DNA of 64,000 nt from Vicugna vicugna. Lineage: Eukaryota. Both the position numbers and the translations under genes were made by a program. The stretch's first letter is position 1; the number at the start of each line of letters is the position of its first letter. Below, piece after piece: positions 1-13,712 of this stretch. The DNA lies in NCBI GenBank assembly GCA_013265495.1, contig MU057999.1:620001-684000 (forward strand), read 5' to 3'. Under the pieces are notes generated by a model. It worked only from the letters and a program-made list of their open reading frames with translations. It was not told the DNA's origin and did not search any database.

Positions 1-3000
1 AACCGGGTGTGCGCTCCGGGGCGTAGGCAGGGCTCATCTCAGGGAAGTGGCCCCCGGGCAGCCAGGATCTTTCCAGCGACCAGATCTGAGCCTCAGTTTT
101 TCTAAACAAGAGGCCACAGAGCCTCAGGATAATGGGGTGAAATGGCCATGCATTCAGGATAAGAATGGGGAAATTTTCCATATAAAAATGAACTTGAATT
201 AACAATTAGCAGAATATTGGATTAAACAGTACATATCTCTATGTACATATCACTTGTAGAGAGAGCTGGTGAGGCCAAAGGTGTAGTTATCAGGCTCCGC
301 CCTGCCCTGGGGGCTGTGCACATCCCCAGGGAACCGCTCTCTCCTGCAGGGGGCAGGTCTGCTCTGCTAGGGGCTCTTTCTGGGCTGGGAAGTTTTGCAG
401 CCCCCACCTGCTTCTGCCTGCATCTTCACAAAAGGAGATCCAGGTCTCCCAGGCTGTCTAAGAAATCCCACAAGAACAGACCAGCTGGGCCCTATGGGAA
501 GATTTCAGGAGCACTTGGGAGACCAGGGCAGAGAGCAAGAGAAACTAGATCTGGATGTCAGAATGTTCTGCTGGTAAAGGCTACCGGCTCCCCAAGCAGA
601 ATGGGGACCCAGAGGCAGTGGGTCCAGGAGCCCAGGAGCCCAGGAGAGGAAAGAGAGTGCAGCAAGAACACCTGGAGAGCCCCCTCCTCATTTAGCTGCA
701 ACCAGATGCGAGGCCTAGGGGTTTGTTCTCAGGATGGGCAATCTGAATGATTGTAGAGTCTTAGAGGAAACAGCCTGCTGAGAGGGGAGGGTGGCATGCG
801 TCCCAGAGGCATGGGACAGTGGTACGGGAGGTACCTTCATTGGAAGTAGGGTTCCAGATACTCAGAGAGTGGGTGAGGAGAAGGCATGTTGTGAAAAATG
901 TTTAGTGAGGACAGAGATGCTCCTGACACGCTGTGAACTGACAAGAGCCTGTAAAACTCCACCATCAGCACAATGCCTCTGTGCGTGTGTGCGTGCGCAG
1001 CACGAAAGACGAGAGACAGAGGAAGGGTGGAGTTATCTTGTCTCTTCGTAATGGGATTAGGGGCGATTTTAATATTCTTCTTTAAGCTTCTCTTTATTTT
1101 TACAGTTTTCAATAACGATTATGGGTTACTTCTCTAACTGGAAAGAATCTGTAAAAACTACCTGAAAATGACATTCTCTGCTGAGTTATTTTCCTTTCTT
1201 ACCCAGAACGCCAGTGCATGTGAATTTCTAGGATGATGGGGAGGGTACGGGGAGGACTGGGAACAGCAGTATTTGGAGAAGGGGCTGCTCTGCGGGAAGG
1301 GGAGGGGAGCTGTGGGTTTCGGGACACACTGCCCACAATTGCTCGTCCTCCGCTCTGAGCCACCTGGAGTCAAGGAAGGAAGGAAGAAGCGCTGAGCGCC
1401 CACGCGGCCTCCAGGTGCTGTGATAAAAATGGAGTGGGTGCCGATGTGGGCAGACAGCCGGCTCAAGCTCTGCCTGGGTGTCCTCCTGGGAGAAGCCATG
1501 CCCTCAGGCCAGGGTATCCTCTCACCCAGGAGGTGAAGTGAAGGTATGGTCTGAGCACCAAATGGCAGGGGGGCAGGAGTGAGAACCCTGCCCCAAGCCT
1601 AGAAAGGGCTGGAGGAGGGAGAAGTGAGTGGCTGGATGTCCTCCCCGAGGGCTCCCAGCTGGAGGGGGCGGGGACCGGGCTGAGCTGGCAGAGGAGGGCT
1701 CGTTCCAGGGTGACTTTGCCAGGCTCTCCACGGGCAAAACCGAAGGTTGGCATTAAGTGGTCTCTAGAGGGTGATTCTCCTCTGACAGGCTGGGGAGAAG
1801 CTGAGAGGGCCGTGGGGAAGGCCTGGGGCAGATCAAAGATGAAAAAAAAACCCTCAGCTGTAAGCATCTGCCATGCTTGACTATGAGATGAGGCTATTTT
1901 GTTACCTGGCAGCCATGTGCAAGATGAATTGGACAAAGAAGTCATAATGCAATGCCTGATCGTTAATAACCCACAGCTCTCACGCAGAAGTGTAGAACTC
2001 ATCATTCCAGCTGCTGGTCGCTAGTCAGGATGAACCTCCACCATCTCATGTCATCGAAAGATCACTGACTCTACACACTCCGGGCAAAGCGCTGTACCAG
2101 GTGCCAGGGAATAAGACCCCATTTATCCTTTCAAAATATACTACCGAGTATAACACAATAAAATACAGTATACTAAAAGTAAAGCTCACTGGCCACCGTA
2201 GACGTGCTTGTAGTTGGAAGGGGGGCAGATACAAGAAAAGCCACTAAAATGCTAGTGAAAAGCATAGCCCTTTTAGAGAGCCCCAAGGAGGAAGAATTTG
2301 CTGGCAAGATCTGGGGGAGCACTGAAGAAAGGGCAGAGGACGAGAAATACATCCACCTCTGAGAGAGCTTTGACCGGCCATCCTAGAGCCGAGACATCAC
2401 CCATGGAGATGCACCTAATAACCTCAGGCTACGGAATCTTGGTTTTCACTTCTGACAGTTTGGAAATCCCAGCGCCAGTGGGGTTTCCAATGTGGAAATA
2501 ATGGAGGTGGTGATGGATTCAGACTGTGACTGTCATTTTATACAGAGGTGGTCCGGCCCCAGCAGCAGCGGGGCTGAGCTGCCTGCAGTGGGCGGTGCAC
2601 CCTGCACACAACAGCCCCTAAACACAGTGGACTTCCTCCACTCTGAACACTTCTCGCAGGATGTCTGAGCCACGTGGAAAAAGACGGAGGGAGGGAGGGA
2701 TCATAGTCGTAGGAGAGGCAGTGAAGCTTGCCCTTCTTCCATATCTTGATGACAATATTGTAATTTCTAATAGTAAAATGAGGAGACATGGTTTTATTAA
2801 CTTTAAGCCCAATGGTCAGTTTAACTTGGCAAACATATGTGAATTAGAATTTTTAGGGCCTTGCTGTTTCGAAATCGTTCATCCTCAAGAAGGTTAATGT
2901 TATTAAAATAAAGGTAAACTCTGAACAGAAAAAAAATTGTGTTTTCTACACTGCAGCAGGACAGACATAACCATGACTTACATTTCACAATTTATGTAGT

Positions 3001-3144
3001 TGATTTCTTGTAAATTTGATGGTGTCTTTATATTTCTGCTCTATGGCCCCCTTTCCCTTTTTTTATACCACCCTATGTCCAGGTCAGTAACTATAATCAG
3101 GGTAATAATTCTCACTCCAAAGACCTGAGGTTGAGTTCAGGGGC

Positions 3145-3260
3145 CTCCTCTCTGACAAACGAGGAATCCACAGTTCAGAGAGGGAGACTGACTTGCCTGG
3201 GGACACACAGCCAGCCAGGGGCCAAAGCAGCACCAGGGCTCATTTGTCCTGATGCTCAGG
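3145..3260 (-). mobile_element. MIR SINE fragment
   Basis: gaggaatccacagttcagagagggagactgacttgcctggggacacacagc resembles the MIR core in reverse orientation. Confidence 0.5.
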
Positions 3261-4635
3261 AGGCTTCATATTGCACCAGCTCTTTTGTACACTGAGGGTT
3301 TTTTCATCTATAAACTTTTGGGTGGTATACGGAGTGACGTTTAAGGCTGGTTTGCTAGAGTGATGTAATTCACCTTTGTGAGCACCATCCTTTGGGGTAT
3401 CTATAAAGGTGGGGGAGTTCAGATGCCCCTTTCAGTGGCCTTCTATGACAGAGCTAAGGGTTTTTCATCTGCCTCTTCCCAGCCTTTGGGGGCCTCAGAA
3501 GCCAAGTGATGCTCTGGGATTGTCTGGGACGTGATGCTGAGCTGTGCATGCTACTGTGACAGCTGGAGGACGCATGGAAAACAGACTGACATCTGATGGG
3601 TGACAACCAGTCTCTGCAGCATCAAAGCTTCAGACTGGTAATAAGCTCCCAGCTTTATCAAAAGTCCCTGGGAAATCTGCTAGCTGGTGGTGCTAGAGCC
3701 GTGATAACAGAAAAAGGAATTATCCCGGAGGCTGACTCAGTGGCAGGATTCGGGGGAATTAAGTTTGGCCCCTGCAAGGAAAGTAAGCAGAATGCATCAA
3801 GGCTGTGGGGAACGGAAGCAAAAGGAGAGACATTAATACTGGACCATAGAAGGTCGGAAAGAAACTGGACCAGCATTTACAAGCAATAGTGCTACCAAAA
3901 AAAAAAATGCACATTGGTTACTTAGGAAAGACGATGAATGAATGATATTGCAAAAATATCTGAATTCCCCACCAAATTACTTTATTAAATCAGTCTTTAA
4001 TGAGGCCCTTGCAGGCAGGTGGCAGGGACAGGCAGAAGTAATGGTGGCCGCATAGGTACAACTCTTGCTAAGAGGCCACCCTGACAACTAAGCAGGGATA
4101 AATCAGCAAGTGTGAATTACACGTCCTCGGTTACTAAGCAATCGCTAATGAATTTACCAAACCTTCAGCCATAATTTTAAAGAGAAGAGAAATTAGGAAA
4201 GATGCGTGGACAAGGTTACTGATCTTTAAAGCCAAAGTTAAAGGAATTCAGAGAACTGTGAGCTATTGTGTGGTTAAATGTCCCAGGCAATGCGGAGAGC
4301 ATTTCACATGGTAACTGCCAGGCTGGAACCTAACTTTAAATGATGCAAAACGTTGGGATGTGTTTTAATGATCAGCTGTGGGCCAGAATCTGGCTGTAGT
4401 TCAGCCTCTGGACTAGGCCAAAGAGCTGACGGTTCCACTCAAGGCAAATGTCAATTTTCTGAGCCTACGTGAATCTATGTGGGTCTGCAGGAAAGTTCTA
4501 CACAGCAAAAACATTCCAATATTCTGACAAGGCAGGAGAGTTAAAAAAACCCCAGCAACCTCCAGGTTAGCAAACTCCAAGCTGCATGTTCTTGTTTAGT
4601 GCTGTAGTCCTGCTGATGGGAAACAGAATTCTCAG

Positions 4636-4770
4636 GGTGCAGATGAGAAAACTGAGGCTCTGAGAGGCTAGGTGCCTTCCAAAAGGAACAAAACTAATAC
4701 GTGGTGAATTAAGGACTGGAAATCAAGGACTGGTAAACGAACTGAGTCTTCCTGGCTTAAATCTGATACT
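4636..4770 (-). mobile_element. MIR SINE fragment
   Basis: cagatgagaaaactgaggctctgagagg core motif. Confidence 0.7.
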
Positions 4771-6741
4771 CTCAGACCATGCTAAGAAGGCTTCTATTGG
4801 ATAAAGAAGGATCTCTTCTATGACTTAAAACCCCGAGGGTTTTCCAATTTGCAAATTAGGATGAAAATAATTACATTCTGAAAAATGCGAGGCACAAATG
4901 GAACTGAAAGCAGAATGAGGGTTATTTCATCATCTAAAAAGAGAGTAAGGTCGATTTCATACAAGTCTGCGAGGAATATCTTGTCATTTCCTGGCATTGA
5001 GGGCCTACTGTGTGTAGGACTCTGAGATGGATATTCACAGGGGAAGCAGGAAGGCAGGGACAAAGACGTAAACGACCTAAAAGACCTGTAAGACCTACAA
5101 GGGGAAATGAGCACAGGTAACACCTACGTGATAGAACAAAGTCCAGAGAAGAATATGACAAAGTGTTAAGTGTCCTCTCTAAGTAGTAGGATTCAGGGTG
5201 ACAATTTTCTTCTTTTTGCTTCTGTGCACTTTAGAAGCCATCTACAGCTAAGTGTTTGTTTGTTTTTTTTAATTTAGAAAAGTGATTAAATAAAAGCACA
5301 AGACCTGAGCGGGTGTATAGGTGTGCTGATGGCATCAAGGGAGGGCGAGCAGGTGGGCGGTCCTGCAGTGGGGCCTGGGAGAGTACTAGAGAAGAGGGGA
5401 GCACCCTGAGCCTGTCCAGCTGGAGTGCGGGAACTGCTGGAAGGCGCAGGGCTGGAAGGCGGGGTGAGGCCGGGTTTGGGATGACTTTACGGAACAGTGT
5501 GAGTCTTTACTCTTGTTCAGGGATGTAGGGCCTGTGGAGCCTGGGCAGGGGGTCGGTGAGCATCCTGGTTCCTGGAGAGTTGCGGTGCCAGGGCCTGGGG
5601 TGAGGTGAGGATGTGGGGGGCAGGGAGATGGGTTGCAGAGGAGTTGGCATCCTCTGCAGCCTGACCTGCCCTGGTCCCCTCTGGGCCTATGGTCTCAGGG
5701 GTGCGCCTTGGAGGTGGGGGAAGGGAAGAGCATAGAGCAAGCAGGAGAGTCGGAGCAACATGTGTCTGCACTCAGCGATGGTGATCGGGGCAGGGGGAGG
5801 CTGGACTACTGGGGGTCAGGCCAGGAGTGGGTTGCATGTGCCCCAGGAGCAAGACAGCGAGTGACCACCGCACCACACTGACACATCACAACGGCCCGAC
5901 TGTGGACCCTTAAGTGTTTGCTGCTACTCTTGGTTTGATAATTACCCTCTGCGGTCCTGGCCAGCTGATACCTGGGGGCCTGAGAAGACCCACTCCCAGA
6001 AGCCTGCAGGACAGAGTACACAGTCTGTCCACACCCCTGGGGAGGGGCTTTTCGGTGGCCTTCAGGCGTGACTGTTTCCCAGGGATTGCAGTAGACCCCA
6101 GTGGGCACAGGAAGCTGTGGGGGTCAGCGGGGCCCCCCAGCCTTGGGTCACGGCGTCGAACGCCGTGAGTCTCCAAACACAAACCACTTAACAGCCACTC
6201 GTCTGCTCTCACCCCACCTCCCGGGCCACCCGGCCAGGTGCTCGCTCCCAGGGCAGTGGAAACGGAGCCCACAGGCGCCAAGAGAGGAGCTGCTTCCTCG
6301 TTATTCAGCTTTTCCAGCTGACAAATCTTTTCAGGGAGGAGATCTTTTGTTTCCCCAGAGAGGGCCCCCGTGCCAGCCCCGAGGACAGCCTTTCACAGTC
6401 CTCTTGGCGTCAGCAGCCACTGTCCTCACGTTCCCAGATCTGCCATTCTTCTAACCTTCAGCTGCACAGAGATGGGAGAAGGTGGAAAAAGGGCCTTTTA
6501 TAACCAAATTATCTCTGTGCATTCATCTGCCATTATGTTAATGCATCACGAAGCCCGGCAGATGGTACAAAGTCAATTATGCTGGTGTTAAAAAGGGAGA
6601 AATTGACCTTTTCAGGACTCACTTGGATTTGGAGCAGAGTTTGCAAACTCAGGTTTTGGGCCCTGTCTGTGGATGAATGCACATGGTGCTTGGCCTGGGG
6701 AGAGGCTGGGTCAGGATGGTCAGCCCGGGACCCCTCCGTAC

Positions 6742-6859
6742 CTGCACATTTTCTCGAAGAGCCCAGCATAGCCATCACAGTTGGTCTTCTGGGTCTGCAG
6801 GATGGTGGTGGGTTTGAAGGCTTGGCGGTCCTTCTCCTGGGCAGCCTCGATGTCGTACT
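6742..6859 (-). CDS. KY: KY coding exon 8 (118 nt, phase 1-2), contains the putative catalytic Cys
   Basis: gccctccag|AGTACG...GCAG|gtacgg; encodes (E)YDIEAAQEKDRQAFKPTTILQTQKTNCDGYAGLFEKMC(R). The Cys of the NCDGYA motif is at 6777-6779. Confidence 0.96.
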
Positions 6860-8343
6860 CTGGAGGGCAGAGGAGGGGACCATGAGGAACCAGGTCCTGG
6901 GAGACCACTGGGCTGGTGCAGAGGAGAGGGGGTCCCCTGCCTGTGGTACCGCCCCCGCCCTCCGCTGTGGCTCCAGCATTGCACCATTTGGGTCGGCCTC
7001 CCTCAGGCGGGGGAGAAACCACTGTGGGCTGAATGGAACCAGGGCCTCAGGCTGGGCAAGATCTGGAAATGCCACCTCTTTGTGTGGGTGGTGAGAGGAA
7101 GAGCGAGGCTTTGGCTCCTGAGGCTTCCGAGGAGGGGCTGGGAGGGGAAGGGACTAAGATGGCACTGGGGGTGGCGGCTCCGGCCGCTTGTCTCCTCCTC
7201 CAGTTCCAGCTGCAGTGAGGCTGCTAGCCCATCCTTGCTGGGGCCCCCAAGGCCAAGGCCTCACCCTGACCTGCAGGGGGTGTACTGAGCTGCCATGAGA
7301 GCTTGTCTCCCCCATAGCACATCACTCCGCTAATAAGAGAGCCTAAGGTTGGCGGGGAAGCCCTGAGGCAGGAATCACTGTGGCCTTTGAGGGCACAGGG
7401 GCAGGGGGTATATGTGAGTGAGTGTATCAGTGAGTGTGTGAGGGTGAGGGTGGGGGCAGCAAAGTCCAACAAATGTTCTGTTTCCCACCCCCTGCTCCCT
7501 GGAAGCCCAGGCTGAGCTGCTGGAGTTCGGGTGGAGGAGGCGGCCCCTCAGGGCCTATGGCCAGACATCCTACCTGTGTCAGGGGAGTCCATCCGCTAAG
7601 CTGCATCCCTAACTGCTGCTCTGGGAGGTCAAGGGGAACGCCCAGGGGCAGCAGGTCAGGAGAGCCCCGCTGGTTGTTATGTCAAAGAGAAGATGCTAGA
7701 AGTCCACCTCTCCACCCGGCTCCTCCACTGACTGCAAGGGGCAGCAGCCAGCATCCCCTTAGCAACCACCTGCCAGCTTGGCTTGAGCTGGTCAGATTAC
7801 CAGGCTGTCCCGTGCAGAGCTGCGGGCAGCTGCACAGGCCCAGGTCCCCTGAGGTGGCTCTGAGAACCCGGAGACTGAGCTGAGAGCAGTGTCTGAGGTC
7901 ACCCAGGTGGGAGCAGAGAGCAGAGAGAGTGGTGCCCACCCTTCTTGGCTCAGGTGCTTTATGAAACCTCTTAAAGTGTGGTGATAACTTCTCAAATAGC
8001 TGTGACTCGTCCCCAGCCTCCTCCTTTTGGAGACAACCTTCTGCCTTGGGTTCCCATCTCTGTGGAGCAGGACGGAGGGAAGGCTGCCGCTGGGTGAAGG
8101 GCTTCTACTCTGGCTGTGGGCAGAGGGCCACGTGGGATGCCTGCCTACCCACCCTTCATGGGGACCACTGGCACATGGTGAGTTACCCATCTTGGGTTAG
8201 TCTTTGGTTATTCAACCCAACCATCTGGGAGCCCCTCTCCTTCACCTTAGTCTTACTCCACACACTCTGGTGATAGAGTCAAGCCCAGAGATGCTCTTCT
8301 GGGACCAGGGTCCTAGAGCCAGTGGCCCCACCAGTGGGCCTAC

Positions 8344-8452
8344 CTATGTGGTGGCAGATCCAGATCCAGATGGCGCGGACCCTCTCCAGGTCACTGTGGG
8401 CCTCCTGGAGCAGGTCACTCACCAGCTCGTCCAGGCCACTCTTGACCGTCAC
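8344..8452 (-). CDS. KY: KY coding exon 7 (109 nt, phase 0-1)
   Basis: ctccctag|GTGACG...ATAG|gtaggc; encodes VTVKSGLDELVSDLLQEAHSDLERVRAIWIWICHHI, start of the transglutaminase-like region. Confidence 0.96.
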
Positions 8453-8732
8453 CTAGGGAGTGGGAGAGATGTGCTATGGCAGGGCCTGCACGAGGGCTGT
8501 GGGGGAGCCCAGTGCATTGCCACCTGCAGCCAGGGCCTCTCTTCCTCCAGGTGAAGAGAGAGGAGAGGCCCAGAGAGGCCAAGGCTGGGCTGAGAGCAGC
8601 CCTTGGTGGGGACTGGCCATGGTGGGCAGTGCTGACCAACTGACCCACTGGGCCTGGAGCCACCGCATCTTTTCTGTGTATGTCCTGGGGGCCACCCAGT
8701 TGAGCATCTGGGCACTACAGTGGCTCCTAGTC

Positions 8733-8968
8733 AGGGTCAATACTCCCCAGAGCAATCTATAGATTTAGCACAATCCCTATAAAATTTCAACAGCCTTTTT
8801 TTTTCTTTTACAAAAACAGAAAAGCCAATCCTCAAATTGATATGGAATTTCAAGGGGCCCAGAATAGCCAAAACACCTCTGAAAAAAGATGAATCATGTT
8901 GGAGGACACACATATCCGGATTTCATACTTAACTCAAAGCTACAATAATCCAAATAGTGTGGTAGTGA
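8733..8968 (+). mobile_element. L1 (L1M-type) ORF2 fragment
   Basis: gcaatctatagatttagcacaatccctataaaattt...ggaatttcaaggggcccagaatagccaaaaca...aaagctacaataatccaaatagtgtggta is typical L1 ORF2 3' sequence. Confidence 0.85.
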
Positions 8969-9149
8969 CATCAGGTCCTGGCCTTCTGTCCCCCATCCAC
9001 GTGCTGTGGAAAGGCACTCTGGGTCACCCACCCAGGGGATTCACGATATATTCAGGAGGGGCGCGGCCACCCTGGCTCAGGGAACTGCAAGCCACCTTGG
9101 ACGGAGGGGCTGAGGGGCGGCCCACAGGCCGAGGGCCCGGCTCTCCTAC

Positions 9150-9232
9150 CTGTGAGGCATAGGTGTCCAGCTTCTCAAACTGCCGCAGGTCCAGCGGCAT
9201 GGATTTCAGGCTGGACCGATCCCAGGGGTAGG
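9150..9232 (-). CDS. KY: KY coding exon 6 (83 nt, phase 1-0)
   Basis: tgtttccag|CCTACC...ACAG|gtagga; encodes (A)YPWDRSSLKSMPLDLRQFEKLDTYASQ. Confidence 0.96.
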
Positions 9233-11908
9233 CTGGAAACACAGGGAGGCTCAGTCAGCAGCCGAGACCGGCTGACAGGGCTGCCCAGCCCAGGCCTCCC
9301 TGTCTCTCTGAGGAGCGGGGACTGTCTGGCCTTCAAAATGATTCCCAGACTGAAACCCTGCTCTCAGGAGCTAGATCTCCTAGAAGGGTTCCTTGGTCAG
9401 ACCGGTTTGGGAACCGAGGCGACTCCTCACCGGGAACCGAAGTCAGCAGTGAAGAAACTGGCTTCACCTCAGTGAGCTCAGCAGCCCCAGACGGACTGAT
9501 GACGGAGCCCCTTCTCCCCACCACGTAGTTTCCTGCAGCTTCTCCGCCAGCTGTTCTGGGAATGAGTTCTCTTCCTCCCTCGCCCACAGTCAGCTGGAGA
9601 CTGACCACATGCACCTCAAGGGCAGGCGCCCAAGATACTGTGCGGAGGCCCCTGAGGGAGGCTGGGCCTCAGAATCACTCACGGATGTCCAGCCTTTCTC
9701 AGAAGGAGCCTGGACCCGGGACAGCCCCAGGGAGCTGCTGCACGGCTAACCGACCAGCAGTCAGACCCATCGATCGATGGATGAATGGGCAGCAAGCCCC
9801 TGTCCCAGCCCAGAAAAGAGCCCGGGCTCTGGCTGAGTCTTCCTTACTCAAGGCCCTCTGACCTAAATCAGCCAAGCTGGGCGGGAGGACAGGGAGAGGG
9901 TGAGGAGAGGATGGGGCCAATGGGACCCTGAGCCCCTAACTCAAGTGGACCAACTCTCAGCCTGCATGTCAGGAGCCTCCGGGTGCTGGCTGCGTGAGGG
10001 GTGCAGGTGGGGCCCCAGGACATGACAGCAAGCCTGGGAAGAGCACAGAAACGTGCGGGTGTGCCTGGTGGGGCTGCGCAAGGCCTGGGTTCCAGTCGGG
10101 CCAACCTCCACCAACCTCTTGGCCTCAGGAACGTATCTGTGGGGAGACTAGGGGAGTGAATGAGATGGTGGGTCACGTGGGAAAGTCAGTGTCACTGATT
10201 CCCAGGTAGGTGCAGGGTGGGGGGGATCCTCTGCCGGCAAGTGCAGGATCAGAGGTATGAAGCCACTGTGCCCGGTGTGGGGCTGCGCCCACATGTACCC
10301 ATATACCCCCCGAGGACCGTGAGAGTCCCGTTCCTTAGTGCTGTAGACCCCAGAGATGTGGTGAGAGGGTGAGGATGGGGTGTCACCACCAGCTCTGGCC
10401 GGAGCTGCTCCACGACCCCCTCTGGGCAGCAGTGGATGTGACACAGTGCCAGCTGGTTAGGGAGCTGGTCCCCGTCAGGCCACAGAGGGGCTCCCAGGCA
10501 CTAGTCAAGTTCAGCCCCCAGAGGCAGGCCACATGCATTTTCCCTCTGCTGAAAAGCCCCTTCCTTTAGGACCCAGGCCTCCTCCCTTCTCGACCTCAGA
10601 CTGGGTTTGGCCACCTCTCTCTGTCTCCTGGGTCCCTCTTAGGAGAAGAGGTGAGGGAGGGGCTTTGGTCCCTTTGACCTGAAGCCTCTGACACGTCCAG
10701 GATCCGAGGCTGTTCCTCTCCTAGGAGGGAGCAGAGCGTGTGGTGGGCAGGCAGGTGATGCACACCCCACTGTGAGGCTGTGGCCTCACCCAGCAACCTA
10801 GCCTTTTCTTTCTTCACTTTCTGCTCTTCCACAAAGACCAAAACAGTCCCTGGACCCCTGCCCCCACCCTTCCACCTGCACGGTCTTGCGCTGGAGCGCC
10901 CTTGAAGCCCTGCACCATCGGGGCTCACTCGGCTGCTCCCAGAGCTGGAATTTTTTGCCTCCATCACTCAGATCACCATCAGGGCATCTCCTGGGCCCAG
11001 CCATCCCCTCAGAAGGGAGTGGGGACACCTGAGCAGCCCTGCTGAGCTTCCCCCTCTCAGTGTCCTCTCCCCTCTCGGGACTCTGGCTCCTGTCACCCTC
11101 TGACAAGGGCCGTCACGGGGACTTAAGTGGGTATGAAGTGGACTTACACATTTAACAAGCTTCAGCTCTGCAAACGAGGCCTCCCCTGCCCCCATTTCGA
11201 AGAAGGATGGCATTTCTAAAATGGGACTGAAAACTCTATTATTAGTTCTACCCTTTTTGGGTTCCATCTTACAATATCTGAACATTAAAAATACCCATAA
11301 TGATTTATGCCTCATTAAATTTACCTTTGGAACAGATTCTATAAGATTCAAATATGCTTTGGCATAAATACATTTAAAACACCAGTGGCATTAACTAGAT
11401 TATTCCAATTTTAAACCAAAACAATGGGAGGCTGTACCAAACTGCACTAAACCTTAGATGCCATCTGGTCTACTGAGGGGGAAACTGGGATCCAGGGAAG
11501 GTGAGTGAGGACCAGGGGCAGGACTGGAGCCCAGGCCACCTATCAGCTGTTCCGGGAGTCTTTCTCTGCCCTGCTCTGCTTATTCACACATCTCCTGCCT
11601 TACAGAGGCCTGGCATTCCATTTGAAGTGAACACAAGTCTGCACCCTGCTTTCAGTGTTTCCCATAATGGGCTGCCTTGTTATTGCTGGCGTTTATGCTC
11701 CAGCTCTGGGATCCCGTCTGGTGTGTAAGCTGTTTCACTCCTCCACCTGTGCGCACGCAGACACTCCGGTCCCCTGAGCCCAGAGGTGGCCCCAGGCTCC
11801 CAGCACAGGGCTCCAGGGAGCCATTTCCAATTGACTGGAGATTGGCCCACAGGGGTTAAACCAATCTATTGTCTCAAAGAATGGCCCCAAGAAGGCCCTG
11901 CAGCTTAC

Positions 11909-11971
11909 CGTGGGCGTCTTTCCCTCCAGGCTGCCGGGGTCTTGTGTTTCCATTTTTATCACCTTGTAAAC
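11909..11971 (-). CDS. KY: KY coding exon 5 (63 nt, phase 1-1)
   Basis: attgtag|GTTTAC...CCACG|gtaagc; encodes (C)LQGDKNGNTRPRQPGGKDAH. Confidence 0.95.
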
Positions 11972-12844
11972 CTACAATATCCCAAAGGCCAGAAGTAGAG
12001 ACACTCAGAAGCAATAGAAAAGCAAGCACAGATGGCTCCCTGTGTGGTGGTCCTTGCTTCTGAACCCTCCTCTTCACCCTCCTTTTCACCCCTTCTTGTT
12101 CCCATCCCCCACCTCTGAATTGCTGCTGGGATTGCCCTGGACTTCCTGGTGAGGCAGATGGAGGACCAGGAGCCAGGGAAGGGGTGGCGAGAAAGAGAAG
12201 CGTAGTCTGTGAGCAGAGGGAGAATCTGCTCGGACATCGAGGCTTGTGATTATTCAGAGGCCCTGCCTGGACCCCTGTGCTCTTAACCTCCTCCGGAGGC
12301 TCCCGGCATCTTGAACACAGCTGGGGATCCTGGGAGCATCAGTGAGTTCCCTAACGGGGGACCCCCAGGCAAGAACCGACCACAGGCAGACATGAACGTG
12401 AGAAGACGGGAATTATTCCTCGGGAAGGTTCAAAGACAACCAAATCCCATAAACCCAGGACTGTTGAGGCAGAATGGTCACCAACAGTTATCAGACTCCA
12501 TGAGCAACAGAAGAGTTTCCTGCTGATCTGAAACCAGATCAGGAAGATGTGGGTCCCTGATGGAAGCAGGAGGATCTGGTTGGTGGGGGGGGAGCGGGTG
12601 CCAAGGCTGGTTGTCTTTGCCCTTGAAGGCCATTGTAGGCTGTAAATATAACAACGGAAGGTTGCAAATGTATATAGGCCACTCTGAGAACAGTGGGCCT
12701 GCTCCTTCTTATACTCACATTTTGTTTCTACCTACACACCTTGGTAGAGTGATGGGGGTTCAGAAGAGTAGCCCCCAAGTCTTGTGTACCTACCACACCT
12801 GGCTCATGCTTTATATTGCCTAGCTCCTGTAACCTACACGAGCC

Positions 12845-12965
12845 TCTGAGGGACGCTGAATTATCATCCTCCTTCTAAAAATGAGGAAACTGAGTCCAAA
12901 AGAGAGGTTAAGCCACTTGCCTGAGCTCACACAGCTGAGCTGTGAATCCAGCCATTCGACTCCCA
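12845..12965 (-). mobile_element. MIR SINE fragment
   Basis: aaatgaggaaactgag...agaggttaagccacttgcctgagctcacacagct. Confidence 0.75.
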
Positions 12966-13242
12966 GGGGCTGCCCTCTCTGCACCTGCCTGCCCTCGTGA
13001 GACCCAGGTAGCCAAGGGCTGCGGGCCCAGGCAGCGTTGGAGGAACTGCCTTGGCCCACCGAGTGGATGTGGAGTGAACCTGAGCCTTGGCTGTTCTGCA
13101 GCCTCCATTCCTTGGCCGGCGTTTCCCCAGACCCCTGTTTAGCCACAGATTGGACAGATGTAGGGAGAGGACCGAGAAGAGGGCAGAGGAGACATGGTGG
13201 GCCTGGGTCCAGGCCTGTGCACACGGCTCAGAAAGCTGCCGA

Positions 13243-13435
13243 GTACGGTAGTTAAGAGCACAGGCTGCATTTGGACCTGGGTTCTGATCCGCCTCCTAGT
13301 TGGGTGACTTAGGCAGTTAATTCACCTCTCTGAGTCTTTGCTGATTTGAAAGGTGGGGATAATTCTGGTATATATCAAAGAAGTAAGTTACTGAGTGTAC
13401 AGTGCTTAGCGGTGTCGCAGTCAATAAATGGTATC
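13243..13435 (+). mobile_element. MIR SINE
   Basis: gttaagagcacaggct...ctgggttctgatcc...gtgacttaggcagttaattcacctctctgag...cagtgcttagc...caataaatggta. Confidence 0.7.
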
Positions 13436-13712
13436 TAAAAACAACAACATTCTTGTGATGAAATTCATCTTTAGCTAAATGCTTGGTGTTACCCATGCCT
13501 AATGGCACAGACTTTAAGGACAGGGGTTGCTGACTATGGAGAAGAGAGCTCCCCAGGATGAAGCTGTTGTGTCTCTGCCTCATTCCAGTGTGTAGACCCA
13601 GGTCACCACTCTCCATCCCCTAGAAGGTACCCAGGCTGGGCTCTGGCTCTTCCAGATGCCCTCCATCCTCCCTGCCAGCCCTCCACATACGAGCAGCCCT
13701 GTACGTACGTAC

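Noticed and set aside
4100..4310. Possible CR1/L3 LINE fragment (similar hint near 48270-48380)
   Set aside because: The resemblance is too faint to support without a profile search.
1..6741. KY exon 9 (GYSKG...HAWNAV motif)
   Set aside because: Not found in any frame I read; this stretch is intron 8 and the remaining exons lie beyond the window start.
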